A stretch of 34,626 bases of DNA, taken from positions 1 through 34,626 of IMG/VR virus record IMGVR_UViG_3300016665_000058. The stretch is one strand, 5' to 3'. The notes beneath the pieces are model-generated. The model was not told the DNA's origin. It searched no databases and saw only the letters and a program-made list of their open reading frames with translations. Position numbers and translations under genes: made by a program. The DNA comes from a virus. Positions 1 to 9,194 of the stretch are shown here, piece by piece (the stretch's first letter is position 1; the number at the start of each line of letters is the position of its first letter).

Positions 1-1399
1 GCGCAGCAGGGCCAGCAGCAGGAGCGGCAGGAGTAACGGGCGCACGAGCCGCACGGACGGCCTGGACGCCGCGTACAGCGGCAGGCAGGACGGGAGCCAG
101 CGCAGCGGCAGTCGCCACCTCGCCAACGTCAAAAGTCCCGCCAACATCCAAAGCTCCACCAAATACGCCAGGGATGCCGGATTGAGTTGCCTCAATGGCC
201 GCCTGGGTTGCTCCAGCGCCGACAGCCATGCCTGGCAGTGTGGTTGCACGGCCAGCTGGTGTGAAGGCAGCAATGGCACCAGCAGCACGCGGAATGTCGC
301 TCACCTGGAAGCCAGGCTTGATGGCGTACAACTTGCCGTCGATGGACGACTGCAGCAGGAAGTTGCCCTTCTCGTCCTGGGTGACCTGCACTCCGGGGAA
401 GTTGGACTGGATGACCTGCACAGTTTCCTGCGGGTTGGTCATCATGGTGCCAAGGGCCGACTTGAAGCTGGCCATGCTGAATGTGTTGAGCTCAGGCATC
501 GACGCCCAGTCGGGCAGTGTCTGAGTGGCTTGCGTTTCGCGCTCTGTGCCGGTCACAGCCTCACGGATGCCGCCAAGGATGCCAAGCGGCTCGGTGCCTT
601 TGAGCTGCATTCCAGCCGGTGCACGCACCATGCCGTTTTTGACGTCGGCCTCCAAGTCCATCATTTCCTGACGGGTCATGCGGCCAGTGTTGTATGCCTC
701 GACCACGGCAGGAGGAAGCTCAGCAACTCGCGTGCTGGCCTGTGTGCCTGCAGCTGGCGCAGGAGTCTGGCCGCGCAGAGCAGCGCCGCGTGGCAGCATG
801 ATCGAGCCGGACTGCACATCGGCCTCAAACTCTGCGGCCTCGTCTGGCGTCATCTGGCCAGATGCATAGGCGTTGTAGATGTTCTGGATCGAATTTGCAG
901 CCATGCCACCACCAGCAGCAGGAGCGCCTCCACGGGCAGCCATGACGCGTTGAAACGTGCTGGCCTCACCTCCTGGAAGCGTGGCTTGTGGCGCGGCCTG
1001 TTCAACACCAGCACTGACGCGCTCGATGTACGACTTGGTGCGTGGCCCCCAGTTGGCTGGGTTGGTGCCGCCGTGGTATTCAGCAGCAGCCAGCTTGATG
1101 TCGCCTTTGTTGCGCTGCAGGGATTCCTTGAGCAGCAAACCAGCGGCCTCGGCTGCGGTCTGTGGGCTCAGGTAAGCATCGACGCCGTACTTGTCCAGCA
1201 CCGCCTTGCGCGTGGCAGGGATGATCTGGAACGGGGTCTTTGCGCCAGCCTCGGACACTTGGTCAGCGTTGCTGCGCTCGCCATAGAGCAGAACCGACTT
1301 GAGCAGGCCGGACGGCAGTTCGAGCTTCTGCTCGACAGACGTGGCCAGGTCAGACCAGAACGGGTCTTTGTAGCTCTTCGGTGCTTCTTGTTTCGCCAT
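1..1399 (-). CDS. Internal virion/ejection protein with N-terminal lytic transglycosylase (SLT-like) domain; N-terminal 466 codons, continues in frame at 34605..32933
   Basis: ATG at 1399 follows AAGGA. My translation reads MAKQEAPKSYKDPFWSDL...YGERSNADQVSEAGAKTPFQIIPATRK...LAAAEYHGGTNPANWG, with ES, xxQI and AYNxG-like motifs of family-1 lytic transglycosylases. There is no stop before position 1. It is absent from the ORF track because it is open at the window edge. Confidence 0.75.
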   Translation of the reverse strand, partial: MAKQEAPKSYKDPFWSDLATSVEQKLELPSGLLKSVLLYGERSNADQVSEAGAKTPFQIIPATRKAVLDKYGVDAYLSPQTAAEAAGLLLKESLQRNKGDIKLAAAEYHGGTNPANWGPRTKSYIERVSAGVEQAAPQATLPGGEASTFQRVMAARGGAPAAGGGMAANSIQNIYNAYASGQMTPDEAAEFEADVQSGSIMLPRGAALRGQTPAPAAGTQASTRVAELPPAVVEAYNTGRMTRQEMMDLEADVKNGMVRAPAGMQLKGTEPLGILGGIREAVTGTERETQATQTLPDWASMPELNTFSMASFKSALGTMMTNPQETVQVIQSNFPGVQVTQDEKGNFLLQSSIDGKLYAIKPGFQVSDIPRAAGAIAAFTPAGRATTLPGMAVGAGATQAAIEATQSGIPGVFGGALDVGGTFDVGEVATAAALAPVLPAAVRGVQAVRAARAPVTPAAPAAGPAA

Positions 1400-1408
1400 G
1401 TCGTGTCC

Positions 1409-2809
1409 TTACTGGCCAGGCATCTGGAATGTGCCGCTGCCAAGCGTACCAGGCGCAGGAACTTGGCCAGTCTGCGGGTTGGCCCAGCGCATGTAACCAC
1501 GCTGGCCTGTGACCACGTTGGCTTGCTGTGCGGCCAAGCCCTGGGCGCGTTGCTCACCGTACTGACGCATGAAGTCCACAAAGGTCGTGCCAGCAGGCAC
1601 CTGGATGCCGCCGATGTTGATGTCGGTCTTGGCGCGACCAAGGGAGCCGGTCGAGTTGACCCACTCAGCCTCGGCAGATTTTGCAGCTGCCTCGAATTGC
1701 TGCAGCTTAGCCATGCCACGCAGGAACGAGCCAATCGTCTGGGCGTTTGCGGTTTCCTCGGGAAAACCCTTGAGCGCCATCTGAATGTCTTTGTCGGTTG
1801 CTGGGCCGGGCGGCAGGGACTTGATCGCCTGGGTGTTGCGCAGGCGTGTGTATTCCTGGCGCATCTGCGTCCACTCGTCTTGGCGGCCAGTAGCACCAGC
1901 AAACCACTCGCTGGCCTTTGTCAGCGCACCTTTGCCGCCTTGTGCGGATTCGATGCGGCCTGCCAGGTCAAGCATGCGACCAGCAGACTGCTCAGAGCCA
2001 ACGGCTGCGATGGTCGCGTCGTTCACGATCTTGCGTGCGTCAGCGTCCAGTTTTCCACCAGTCTGTCCAAGCTCAAACAGCTTCATTTCCACATCGGTCT
2101 GCAGCTTGTCGCGGTCGAGCGCCAGGCGGCCAGAACGGTCTGCGATCTGGCTGTCGATGTTGCGAATCTGTGCGCCGGTGTTGGCGTTTTCCAATGCCAA
2201 GCGGGTCGGGGTGTTGGCCGTGACCAACTCTTTCTCGGTCGCGCCAGCTTCGCCTGTACGGACTTCTGCTGGTGCCTTGAGCGCCTTGATCGAGGATTCC
2301 AGCACCTTGTCGCCACCAGGTACACCAGCCAGCATGATGCCGATGGTTTTCTGGGCTGCGCTCGGGTTGCTCTTTGCGATCTCGGCATAGGTACGGTAAG
2401 CCTTGGCACGGTCTGCGCGGCCAGCGTTGTCCTCTGCCTCAGCACGCTGCTCGAGCAGGTTGATGCCGACTTGCGGTGCACCGGTGCTGAATGCCGACAT
2501 GACCTGGCCGCCGAAACGCAGCTCGTTGTCCTGCTGGTCTTTGTTCAGCGTCTCCCAGTTGGCACGCATGCTGGCCGCCTCTTTTTCAGGCAGCAGCATG
2601 GCGATGTTCGTGAAGTCGCGTGCGGTCGGGTTCGGGTTGTTGATCAGAGACTGCAGGCCTTGCGTCAGCATGTTCTGGCGCTCTTGCGCCTTGGCCGCAG
2701 CTTCTTGCTGCGTGCGAATGTCTGCAATGGTCGCGCCGAGCTTGAGGCCGCTGACGGCTGCCTCGAATGGGCTCTGCACGTTGATGGAGTAGTCGTAGGG
2801 TGCTGGCAT
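1409..2809 (-). CDS. Internal virion (ejection) protein, 466 aa, at the P22 gp20 position
   Basis: This is ORF 1409..2878. The likely ATG is at 2809 (MPAPYDYSINV), preceded by AGGACAAGAA and 11 nt after the upstream stop. The product is helical and Ala/Gln-rich. Function is assigned by synteny and size only. Confidence 0.6.
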   Translation of the reverse strand: MPAPYDYSINVQSPFEAAVSGLKLGATIADIRTQQEAAAKAQERQNMLTQGLQSLINNPNPTARDFTNIAMLLPEKEAASMRANWETLNKDQQDNELRFGGQVMSAFSTGAPQVGINLLEQRAEAEDNAGRADRAKAYRTYAEIAKSNPSAAQKTIGIMLAGVPGGDKVLESSIKALKAPAEVRTGEAGATEKELVTANTPTRLALENANTGAQIRNIDSQIADRSGRLALDRDKLQTDVEMKLFELGQTGGKLDADARKIVNDATIAAVGSEQSAGRMLDLAGRIESAQGGKGALTKASEWFAGATGRQDEWTQMRQEYTRLRNTQAIKSLPPGPATDKDIQMALKGFPEETANAQTIGSFLRGMAKLQQFEAAAKSAEAEWVNSTGSLGRAKTDINIGGIQVPAGTTFVDFMRQYGEQRAQGLAAQQANVVTGQRGYMRWANPQTGQVPAPGTLGSGTFQMPGQ

Positions 2810-2819
2810 GTTCTTGTCC

Positions 2820-3476
2820 TCAGAATAGGCTACCGAAGCCAAGGCCGAGCTTGCCACCTGCGCCATACTGCGCACCAAGCACCTGGGCCGGGAGGTTCAG
2901 CAGGCCGCTGTAGGCCTTGGCCTGGCCAAGTTCGCCACCAGCCAGCGCAGCGCCACGTTCAGCCTGCAAGCGTGCGATGGCCGAGCCTGTTTCCATGCCT
3001 GCCGTGCCAACACCAGCAGCGGACTGCTGGCCAAGCGAAGTCAGGCCACCGAGACGGCTGTATCGGCTCTCCAGCTCCTGCGCCAGCAACTGTGGCCGGA
3101 ACTGCGCCAAGGCTGCCTGCACGTTGCCGCCACGCAGGCCGCCTGTGGCCGATGCACGTTGCAGCAGGGATTCCTCACCAGTGCGCAGCATGGCCTGGAA
3201 TGTCGGGGATCGTTCAGCTGCCGCGATCTGGGCAGCCTCTTCTTCTGGCGTGCCAAGGCCAAGCATGGCCTGCTGTGCGCGAAGCGCCGGGGCACCTGCC
3301 TCGACGTAGGGCTTCAAAAGCTCACGCACCATGTCGAACTGGCGACGCTGTTCTGCGATGCCAGCTTCACTGGCTTGGGCTTGCTGTGCAGCAGCATCTC
3401 CAGCTGCGTCGGCTTGCATCATGCCGCCGACAAGCTGAGTGCCGCCAACGATTAGGCCGGTTATTGGATCAGGCAT
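2820..3476 (-). CDS. Internal virion protein, Gly/Ala-rich, 218 aa, at an ejection-protein position
   Basis: This is ORF 2820..3482. The ATG at 3476 is preceded by AAGGAG and overlaps the upstream stop by 8 nt. Function is assigned by synteny only. Confidence 0.55.
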   Translation of the reverse strand: MPDPITGLIVGGTQLVGGMMQADAAGDAAAQQAQASEAGIAEQRRQFDMVRELLKPYVEAGAPALRAQQAMLGLGTPEEEAAQIAAAERSPTFQAMLRTGEESLLQRASATGGLRGGNVQAALAQFRPQLLAQELESRYSRLGGLTSLGQQSAAGVGTAGMETGSAIARLQAERGAALAGGELGQAKAYSGLLNLPAQVLGAQYGAGGKLGLGFGSLF

Positions 3477-3918
3477 GGCCAAACTCCTTCATGTATTCGT
3501 CAAATGTCTCGCCATACAGCTCCATGACCAGGTGCGCGTTTTCGATTGCGAACTTCGGGCCATGGCAAAGCTGCACAGCCATCAGGATCAGATCGTAATA
3601 CCCGGCACGCCAGACGTAGGAACGGGCATCGGCAGCGCCAGCACGTTCAGCGTGGTCGGACGCCTGCCATTTCAGGATCATGGAAGCCACGCAAGGCAGA
3701 AGTGCTTGCGCGTTTTGCAGGAAGAAGGGGTTTTGATTCATCGCCACCAGGGTGTTCCAGATGGCTGCGTCAAGATCGCTGCGCTCGACTGGATCGCCAT
3801 CGGCCACGTCGTCAAAGACCTGGATTGCGTTCCACAGCATCAACAGCCACTCAATGGCCGGTGCAGGCAGCATCAAAACCTGTTGCAGGTTCTGTCTGAG
3901 GCTATCCGTACCAGTCAT
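3469..3918 (-). CDS. Hypothetical virion-module protein, 149 aa
   Basis: The ATG at 3918 is preceded by GGAGGG. It lies on the same strand as the virion genes and is coupled to them. Confidence 0.6.
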   Translation of the reverse strand: MTGTDSLRQNLQQVLMLPAPAIEWLLMLWNAIQVFDDVADGDPVERSDLDAAIWNTLVAMNQNPFFLQNAQALLPCVASMILKWQASDHAERAGAADARSYVWRAGYYDLILMAVQLCHGPKFAIENAHLVMELYGETFDEYMKEFGHA

Positions 3919-3998
3919 GCTCTACCCTCCAAGTGGCGATGAGCTGCTGGCGGCTCGATAGGCTCAGCACCTGTATTTTCCCACAAATGCATGTCCTG

Positions 3999-4397
3999 TC
4001 AATCCATCTCAAACTCGCGCTCTTCCCAGGCTTGGCAAGAACGGAGGTCGTGGCAGATGAAGTCGAACTTGCGGCAGAAGCCACGGAAACCTGCATCGGT
4101 GTCCCAATCGTTGCGCGGGATGCGCTCCATCAGCGCCTGTTTGTAGGTGCTGTTGTCGTAATACTCGCAGTTCGAGCAGCGACGACGACGAGCCTCTTTC
4201 TCGTCCACCTGCATGGCTTTGCCAAGTGCAACCCAGTAGACCTTGTTGGCCGTCGGCTCGTTGCTTGGCTTTTCAGGGCCGAGCATCCAGTCGTCGATGA
4301 CGGTCTGGGTGTTCTTTTTGTTCTCCGCCGCTGTGATGAACGGCATCGATTCAGGCAGGCCGGTGAACCCGGCCATCATGATCTTCGGCATTTCCAT
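3999..4397 (-). CDS. Hypothetical Cys-containing virion-module protein, 132 aa
   Basis: The ATG at 4397 (MEMPKIMMAG) is preceded by AAGGAGCAC. The C-terminal region carries CSNCEYY...FCRKFDFICHDLRSC, a possible metal-binding cluster. Confidence 0.6.
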   Translation of the reverse strand: MEMPKIMMAGFTGLPESMPFITAAENKKNTQTVIDDWMLGPEKPSNEPTANKVYWVALGKAMQVDEKEARRRRCSNCEYYDNSTYKQALMERIPRNDWDTDAGFRGFCRKFDFICHDLRSCQAWEEREFEMD

Positions 4398-4407
4398 GGT
4401 GTGCTCC

Positions 4408-4743
4408 TTATGTGATCTCGCGGCCACTGGCGCGAATGGTCAGTGATGTGGCTGCGCTGGCGATGGTCGAAATGAAAGCGCCAGACTCAAGGACTTGGCC
4501 AACCAGCTCTGGGAAAGTGTATGTCTCGTCAGGCGCAATGGCGCGTGAATCCACCACCAGGTTGCTGACACCAGCCGATCCACCGCTTGTAACCAGGTTT
4601 ACGCTGATGGTCACGTTGTTGGCGCTGGTGTTGGTGGCGGTGAACTTGTCGATGATGGTCTTGCAGTTCACAGCGGTGTACTGCGTGGTCTGCGAGCCTT
4701 CTGCCTGCTTCGACGGGATAAGGGTTTTTACTAGGACGCTCAT
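4408..4743 (-). CDS. Small beta-rich protein, 111 aa, tandem paralogue B
   Basis: The ATG at 4743 is preceded by AAGGAGAAACC. It aligns with the neighbouring 111-aa ORF at TTxYT, LV..G.AG..N and AS...LTI.ASG.E. Confidence 0.7.
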   Translation of the reverse strand: MSVLVKTLIPSKQAEGSQTTQYTAVNCKTIIDKFTATNTSANNVTISVNLVTSGGSAGVSNLVVDSRAIAPDETYTFPELVGQVLESGAFISTIASAATSLTIRASGREIT

Positions 4744-4752
4744 GGTTTCTCC

Positions 4753-5088
4753 TTAGATGGCTTCGGCACCGCTTGCCGTGATTGTCAGGCCTGCCGATGC
4801 CGCCTGGACTTGGATGGTTTCAGCTGCGTTCATCACCTGCACGCCGTTGTACTGCAGGGCGTTGTTTGCCGGGACGGACACGTCGTATAAAAAGGCGTTT
4901 GTCGTGCCAGCCGTTCCAGCAGCAGGAACCAGGAACACGCGGACGTTGATGGCTGAGCCTGTGGTGTTGGCGATGCTGAATTCCTTGAGCAGCGTGCGCG
5001 TGCTTGCCGGGACTGTGTAGAGCGTGGTGACGCCAGTCGTGATGGCAGCCTGGCCTAGTTTGGTCGGGGTGATGTTTTGAAATGCCAT
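4753..5088 (-). CDS. Small beta-rich protein, 111 aa, tandem paralogue A
   Basis: It has the same length and the same conserved positions as 4408..4743. It starts immediately downstream of the needle/fibre-like gene. Confidence 0.7.
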   Translation of the reverse strand: MAFQNITPTKLGQAAITTGVTTLYTVPASTRTLLKEFSIANTTGSAINVRVFLVPAAGTAGTTNAFLYDVSVPANNALQYNGVQVMNAAETIQVQAASAGLTITASGAEAI

Positions 5089-5089
5089 G

Positions 5090-6100
5090 TCACATGCTCA
5101 TCCATTCAAGCACCTGCACAGCAGATGCGGGTTTGTTTTCCCAGCGCGATTGCGTGGCATCGTAGAGCAGCACATCAAAGTCGTTCGGCGTGCCTGTGCC
5201 GTTGATGTAGACGTCCTGCAGCCTGGCCAGCGATTCGGCCACTGTCATGCGCACGAAGATCGAGCCAGATCCGCCTGAGCCTGCGTTCACCACCACGGCC
5301 ACCGGAACATCGATGTTCGGCGCTTGCGGCTGCACGTTTGTCCAAGTCCCAGGTGTTGCCGGGTCGAAATACAGCAGGTCGCCATCTGCCCAGACCTCGC
5401 CGTACGGTGCGCCGGTCGTGTTGAAGCCTCGAACCAGGCCGAAGCTGGTCACATAGCCGAAGGCATTGTTTGCAATGTCCTGCGTGGCCACGCCCATCAT
5501 GTAGTCTGCCAGCACCGAGCCGTCTGCAACAGCTGGGCCGAACGTCAGCTTGCCAGACGATCCGACCGTGCCAGTAAACATCACGGGCGTGCCGTTGGCG
5601 ATCAGGCCGCCACTGGTGTTCTTGGCGTAGTACATCAGCTCTTGGCCGACTTGCAGAACGCTGCCGCCGTACAGCCCGACGTCCATGGTGCCATCGTCTT
5701 GGTTCCATTGGACGCGCCGGGCTTGTGTGACGTGTGGGCCATCCTCTGGCAGGTCGATGTAGTCCGTCACCACAGAGTTGTTGTTCTGGATGACGGGCGC
5801 AGTGGCCAGCATCTCCAGAGCGTTGGCAATGCGGCCAAGCGTATCCAGCGCCTGCACAGCCTTCTGGTCGGCTGCGCTGCTGTTGATGGCCATGTCTTGC
5901 GCCAAGCTGACGATCAGAGCCAATGCCTCATTGGCTGCAGCCTCTGCGTTGCCTGCTTGGATGCTGATTCCGGTTGTGTCGCTTGCAGGCGAGATCTCGT
6001 CGGCCAACTGAAACAGGCGCTCGAACTGCTTGATCTGCTCGTGGTTCTTGAGGAACGTGGCGAGCTGATCGCGGGTTAGGTTGAGCTTTTGCGTTGCCAT
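5090..6100 (-). CDS. Tail needle/central fibre-like protein, 336 aa (coiled-coil N-terminal half, beta-rich C-terminal domain)
   Basis: It sits directly after the gp10-like gene, as gp26 does in P22. The N-terminal ~100 aa is heptad-like and Ala/Leu/Gln-rich; the C-terminal part is Gly/Thr/Val-rich. The start overlaps the upstream stop (TGATG). Confidence 0.55.
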   Translation of the reverse strand: MATQKLNLTRDQLATFLKNHEQIKQFERLFQLADEISPASDTTGISIQAGNAEAAANEALALIVSLAQDMAINSSAADQKAVQALDTLGRIANALEMLATAPVIQNNNSVVTDYIDLPEDGPHVTQARRVQWNQDDGTMDVGLYGGSVLQVGQELMYYAKNTSGGLIANGTPVMFTGTVGSSGKLTFGPAVADGSVLADYMMGVATQDIANNAFGYVTSFGLVRGFNTTGAPYGEVWADGDLLYFDPATPGTWTNVQPQAPNIDVPVAVVVNAGSGGSGSIFVRMTVAESLARLQDVYINGTGTPNDFDVLLYDATQSRWENKPASAVQVLEWMSM

Positions 6101-7503
6101 CAGTATGCCAATGGCTCGATCTGAGCCTCAAGACGCACAAAGGACAGGTGGGCCTGGCTGTCACCACGGAAACGCTGGATGCGCCAGTTGCGCATGTGGC
6201 CCTGTTGGAACCAAGCCAGGCGCTTGGTGGTGTTGCCAGTCGTGCCGACGCGCAGCGGACGGTCTTGGCTCCATGCCACGCCGTCCACGGAGTAGCTTGT
6301 CGTGATGATCGGGTCAACGCCCAAGGCCACGCGCCCAGTGAGGCTCACAAGCTCCAGCTCGTTGAAGATTGCGCCGTTGCTCTCGTTGTAGACGATCAGC
6401 GTGCCAAACTCCCAGCGCACGATCTGGCCCCAGTGCGTGCCGATGTTGTCCACCAGGTATCCGATGGCGCTGGACTGCGGGTCACCAACCAGCCACTTGT
6501 CGTAGGCCCAGACCAGATTTCGCGCACGGTACTGGCTGAAGCCGACCGTCGAAGTGGTCAGCGTGAACCAGACCTGCTCGCCAAGCTCTGCCGATGCGGC
6601 AGCGTCATAAACGATGGTTCGGTCAGGAAGATGGACGTACAAGTGCTGGTGAGCGCGGTCGTTGCGTGCCTCCAGCTTGACTGTGGCCAGCTGCACTTCG
6701 GTGTAGTTCAGGAGCAGCTGGTCGATTTCCTGCGTGCTTATTTTTTGAGCAGTTGCGTTTCCACCAAGGTAGATGCCAGGCTCTTCGTTGCGGCCACTGC
6801 CGAGGAAAGCGATCATTTCCACGAACACGCAGCAGCCGAAGGTGCCGATGACGCCCTTCTGCACCTGTGCCCCATCGATGCGCTGGAATGGAAAAAAGTC
6901 ACCACCCACGTTGTCAAACACCTCGATGGTGTTTCGGTTCAGCGCATAGACCTCGTTGCGCAGCTTGAGCAGCGCCACTACGGGGTCTGGGTCGACTTCG
7001 GAGCTGCCGTACTTAAGCGGGTTGACCTGGGTCGGGTCGGTCAGATCGGTCACGATCAGGCTGGTTCCGTCGGTGGTCATGAAGTAACCGTCCACCCACA
7101 CCACATCAAGCACGATGCCAAGGTCAGGGTCTGTCACTTGCGTGAGCGTGCCGTTCCAGTAGTACAAGCGGCCACCTGATGCTATGGCCAGTCTGTCGAA
7201 GCTGTAGTCCATCGTCACCAGCGTGTCGACAGGGCCGCCAACGTCACCAAGAACTGTCACCGTTCCATCTTTGTCGATTGTGACAAGTTTTGTTCCCATA
7301 ACACGGTAGCAGACACCATTCCAGTTGATTCCACCACGATCAACACCAGGGCCAGTGCCGTTGCCGACGATGCCGTCACCAGGACGCAAAAAACCGGCAC
7401 TGATGCCGGACTTCTTTGGCACGGGCACCAGGTTGACTGGGTAGCTCGTGCGCAAGTCCGGGCCGTTGTCAGCGTAGATGCCGTTGAGGATTGGAATTTG
7501 CAT
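6100..7503 (-). CDS. Tail hub / packaged-DNA stabilisation protein, P22 gp10-like, 467 aa
   Basis: Size and position match P22 gp10 (472 aa). Recalled similarities include the N-terminal YPVNLVPVP region, IEVF and HLP..T.VYDA blocks. Confidence 0.7.
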   Translation of the reverse strand: MQIPILNGIYADNGPDLRTSYPVNLVPVPKKSGISAGFLRPGDGIVGNGTGPGVDRGGINWNGVCYRVMGTKLVTIDKDGTVTVLGDVGGPVDTLVTMDYSFDRLAIASGGRLYYWNGTLTQVTDPDLGIVLDVVWVDGYFMTTDGTSLIVTDLTDPTQVNPLKYGSSEVDPDPVVALLKLRNEVYALNRNTIEVFDNVGGDFFPFQRIDGAQVQKGVIGTFGCCVFVEMIAFLGSGRNEEPGIYLGGNATAQKISTQEIDQLLLNYTEVQLATVKLEARNDRAHQHLYVHLPDRTIVYDAAASAELGEQVWFTLTTSTVGFSQYRARNLVWAYDKWLVGDPQSSAIGYLVDNIGTHWGQIVRWEFGTLIVYNESNGAIFNELELVSLTGRVALGVDPIITTSYSVDGVAWSQDRPLRVGTTGNTTKRLAWFQQGHMRNWRIQRFRGDSQAHLSFVRLEAQIEPLAY

Positions 7504-7506
7504 GGC

Positions 7507-7794
7507 TTACCACTTCACCTTGTTTGCCCAGTACGCAGCGCTCATTTTGCCCTTGGCGATGTTCTCTGCGTGCCTGGCCTTGAAAGATTCGCGCCGCGTC
7601 TTGTCGGCCTTGCTCTCGCCTTCACGCTTTGGAGACCCAGACACGCCCTGCTGGCCAAAGCGGATGGTCTTCACCTGATCGCCTTCCTTGGCCACAACAA
7701 CGTGCGACTTGGTTGGATGCGATGGCGTGCGCTTGGGCTTGTTGTAGCCCTGCACGCCGACGCGCTCCAGCCTTGGGTCTTTTTTCGTGGCCAT
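7507..7794 (-). CDS. Small basic conserved phage protein, 95 aa
   Basis: The motifs GYNKPKRTPSHPTKSHVV, IRFGQQG, FKARH and AAYWANKVKW match a widely conserved small virus/phage family I recognise but cannot name with certainty. Confidence 0.6.
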   Translation of the reverse strand: MATKKDPRLERVGVQGYNKPKRTPSHPTKSHVVVAKEGDQVKTIRFGQQGVSGSPKREGESKADKTRRESFKARHAENIAKGKMSAAYWANKVKW

Positions 7795-8249
7795 CAGGCG
7801 ATCCGATACCAGCTGTTGGTGGACTGCACGAAGCGAATGCGGAAGAAGTCCTCGGCGGCCAGAGTTGTCGGGTCGCCATAAGCAGCGCTTGCGCCGTTCA
7901 GGGCCAGCGTGAATGCGGTGATCTGCTGCGTGGTTGTGATGAGCACTTCCATGCCGTCAGGCGTTTGGGTGTTCAATGGCAGGGTGATGGTGCCAGCGGC
8001 CAAAGTTCCAGCAGGCTGGATCAGCATCCACTGCTGCTGAGCAACAGGCGTTGGCACGGCCACGTTGAAGCCGGTGCCGGGTGTGTAAACGTTGGTGGCC
8101 AGCGTAGGGCTGGCGAAGTTCTGCTGGAAAAACGCCAACAGCGCACCGATGGGCAGACGACGGGCGTCGCCGTTGTTCGGGGTGTAGACGGGAATCTGGT
8201 CGCCAGGTGAGGCAACCATGAGCAGCGGCAGTTGGTTGATGTAGGCCAT
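7794..8249 (-). CDS. Hypothetical virion-module protein, 151 aa
   Basis: The ATG at 8249 is preceded by AAGGA. It lies between the gp4-like and gp10-like genes. Confidence 0.6.
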   Translation of the reverse strand: MAYINQLPLLMVASPGDQIPVYTPNNGDARRLPIGALLAFFQQNFASPTLATNVYTPGTGFNVAVPTPVAQQQWMLIQPAGTLAAGTITLPLNTQTPDGMEVLITTTQQITAFTLALNGASAAYGDPTTLAAEDFFRIRFVQSTNSWYRIA

Positions 8250-8258
8250 GATGAATCC

Positions 8259-8741
8259 TTAGTTGAACTGGAGTGGGCCGTCTGGGCCAGCATCGACTGG
8301 ATCGACCGGAGGACGGATGAACGGGTTGTCGTACACGCGCCAGGGCTTGTTGCCAGCGCCAGCAGGCATCGTGGACGGAAGTTGCTGGGGGTAAGGCGCG
8401 GTCGCACGCTGCAGCAGTGTGTTGTAGCTGTCCTTGGCAACAGCCTTGGTCTCGGGCATCACCACCTTGCCGTAGCCAGGCGCGATGCGGATGGCCAGGT
8501 TCGTGATGATTGCCTCGTTGGCGCTGTCTGGCACTTCGGACGGCTCGTCCAGGTCGCTGTACTGCGGACTGCCTGGGATCGGGTAGCCAAGACGAATGCC
8601 CTTGCCGTTCCAGTCGGCCATCATGGCATCGAGGCGACGCAGGGCAGACTGCAGCTGCTCGGGCTGCAGGTCGAAAACATAGGACGCAAGGCCGATCTCC
8701 TCGAACGCTGCGTTCACGAATTGGCGCTTGCTGTAACCCAT
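8259..8741 (-). CDS. Head-to-tail adaptor / tail accessory factor, P22 gp4-like, 160 aa
   Basis: The blocks LRRLDAMMADWNGKGIRLGY, NLAIRIAPGYG and APYPQQLPSTMPAGAGN parallel P22 gp4 blocks (MMAEW..GI..GY, NLACRIAPDY, APYPSRMPTGSGN) as I recall them. Confidence 0.75.
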   Translation of the reverse strand: MGYSKRQFVNAAFEEIGLASYVFDLQPEQLQSALRRLDAMMADWNGKGIRLGYPIPGSPQYSDLDEPSEVPDSANEAIITNLAIRIAPGYGKVVMPETKAVAKDSYNTLLQRATAPYPQQLPSTMPAGAGNKPWRVYDNPFIRPPVDPVDAGPDGPLQFN

Positions 8742-8742
8742 G

Positions 8743-9030
8743 TCAGGCCTCCTGCTTGTTCAATGCTTCGGTGATCATGGCCAGCAGCTTCTCGTCGCTT
8801 GTGCGCTTGGTGAAAGTCAGGCCGAGTTCTTTGGCCTTCTCGACCAGCTCGATGCGGGTCGGGGCTGCGTTGTCGTCAGGAACGCTGGTTTCCACGGCCT
8901 GTACGACTTCGGCAACCTTCTCTGCCAACAGGCGGTGGTTGATGCCGTCGATGGGCTTGGAAGGCTTGCGAACCTTCACGGGCTTTTTGCCCTTGCGGTA
9001 TTTGGGGGCGAGGATGATGGCTTCCATCAT
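8743..9030 (-). CDS. Hypothetical protein, 95 aa, Lys-rich N-terminus and HeH/Rho-N-like C-terminal helix pair
   Basis: It carries KYRKGKKPVKVRKPSKP and then ELVEKAKELGLTFTKRTSDEKLLAMI. It is translationally coupled on both sides. Confidence 0.55.
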   Translation of the reverse strand: MMEAIILAPKYRKGKKPVKVRKPSKPIDGINHRLLAEKVAEVVQAVETSVPDDNAAPTRIELVEKAKELGLTFTKRTSDEKLLAMITEALNKQEA

Positions 9031-9194
9031 TTGCCTTTCTTCTTGGCTGTTTTGGCTGCGGCCTTGAAAGCTGCAGCGGTCGGTGCGCCTTTGGTGCCAG
9101 GCTTGCGCATGCGCTCAGGCGTCTTGCCTGCAGCCTTCTGCTTCTCGATGCGCTCACGCTTGGCGTGGATGTTGGCGTACAGACCGGCCTTCAT
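9027..9194 (-). CDS. Unlisted small basic protein, 55 aa
   Basis: My translation is MKAGLYANIHAKRERIEKQKAAGKTPERMRKPGTKGAPTAAAFKAAAKTAKKKGK. It has an ATGA overlap with the upstream gene and a stop/start overlap with the downstream gene, and it fills an otherwise empty 160-nt gap. It falls below the ORF-track length cutoff. Confidence 0.6.
   Translation of the reverse strand: MKAGLYANIHAKRERIEKQKAAGKTPERMRKPGTKGAPTAAAFKAAAKTAKKKGK

Noticed and set aside
182-3598. 1138-aa ORF on the plus strand, the longest in the track
   Set aside because: It runs antisense across five well-supported, Shine-Dalgarno-preceded and coupled minus-strand virion genes. It starts at a TTG and has the Arg/Ala/Gly/Leu/Cys-rich low-complexity composition typical of stop-free antisense frames in GC-rich DNA. 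I recognised no motif in it.
3969-3998. Perfect TTGACA on the minus strand (3993-3998) overlapping the stop of gene 3999-4397, considered as an internal promoter
   Set aside because: No acceptable -10 hexamer lies 16-19 nt downstream (AAAATA or AATACA only). It is probably a chance match.
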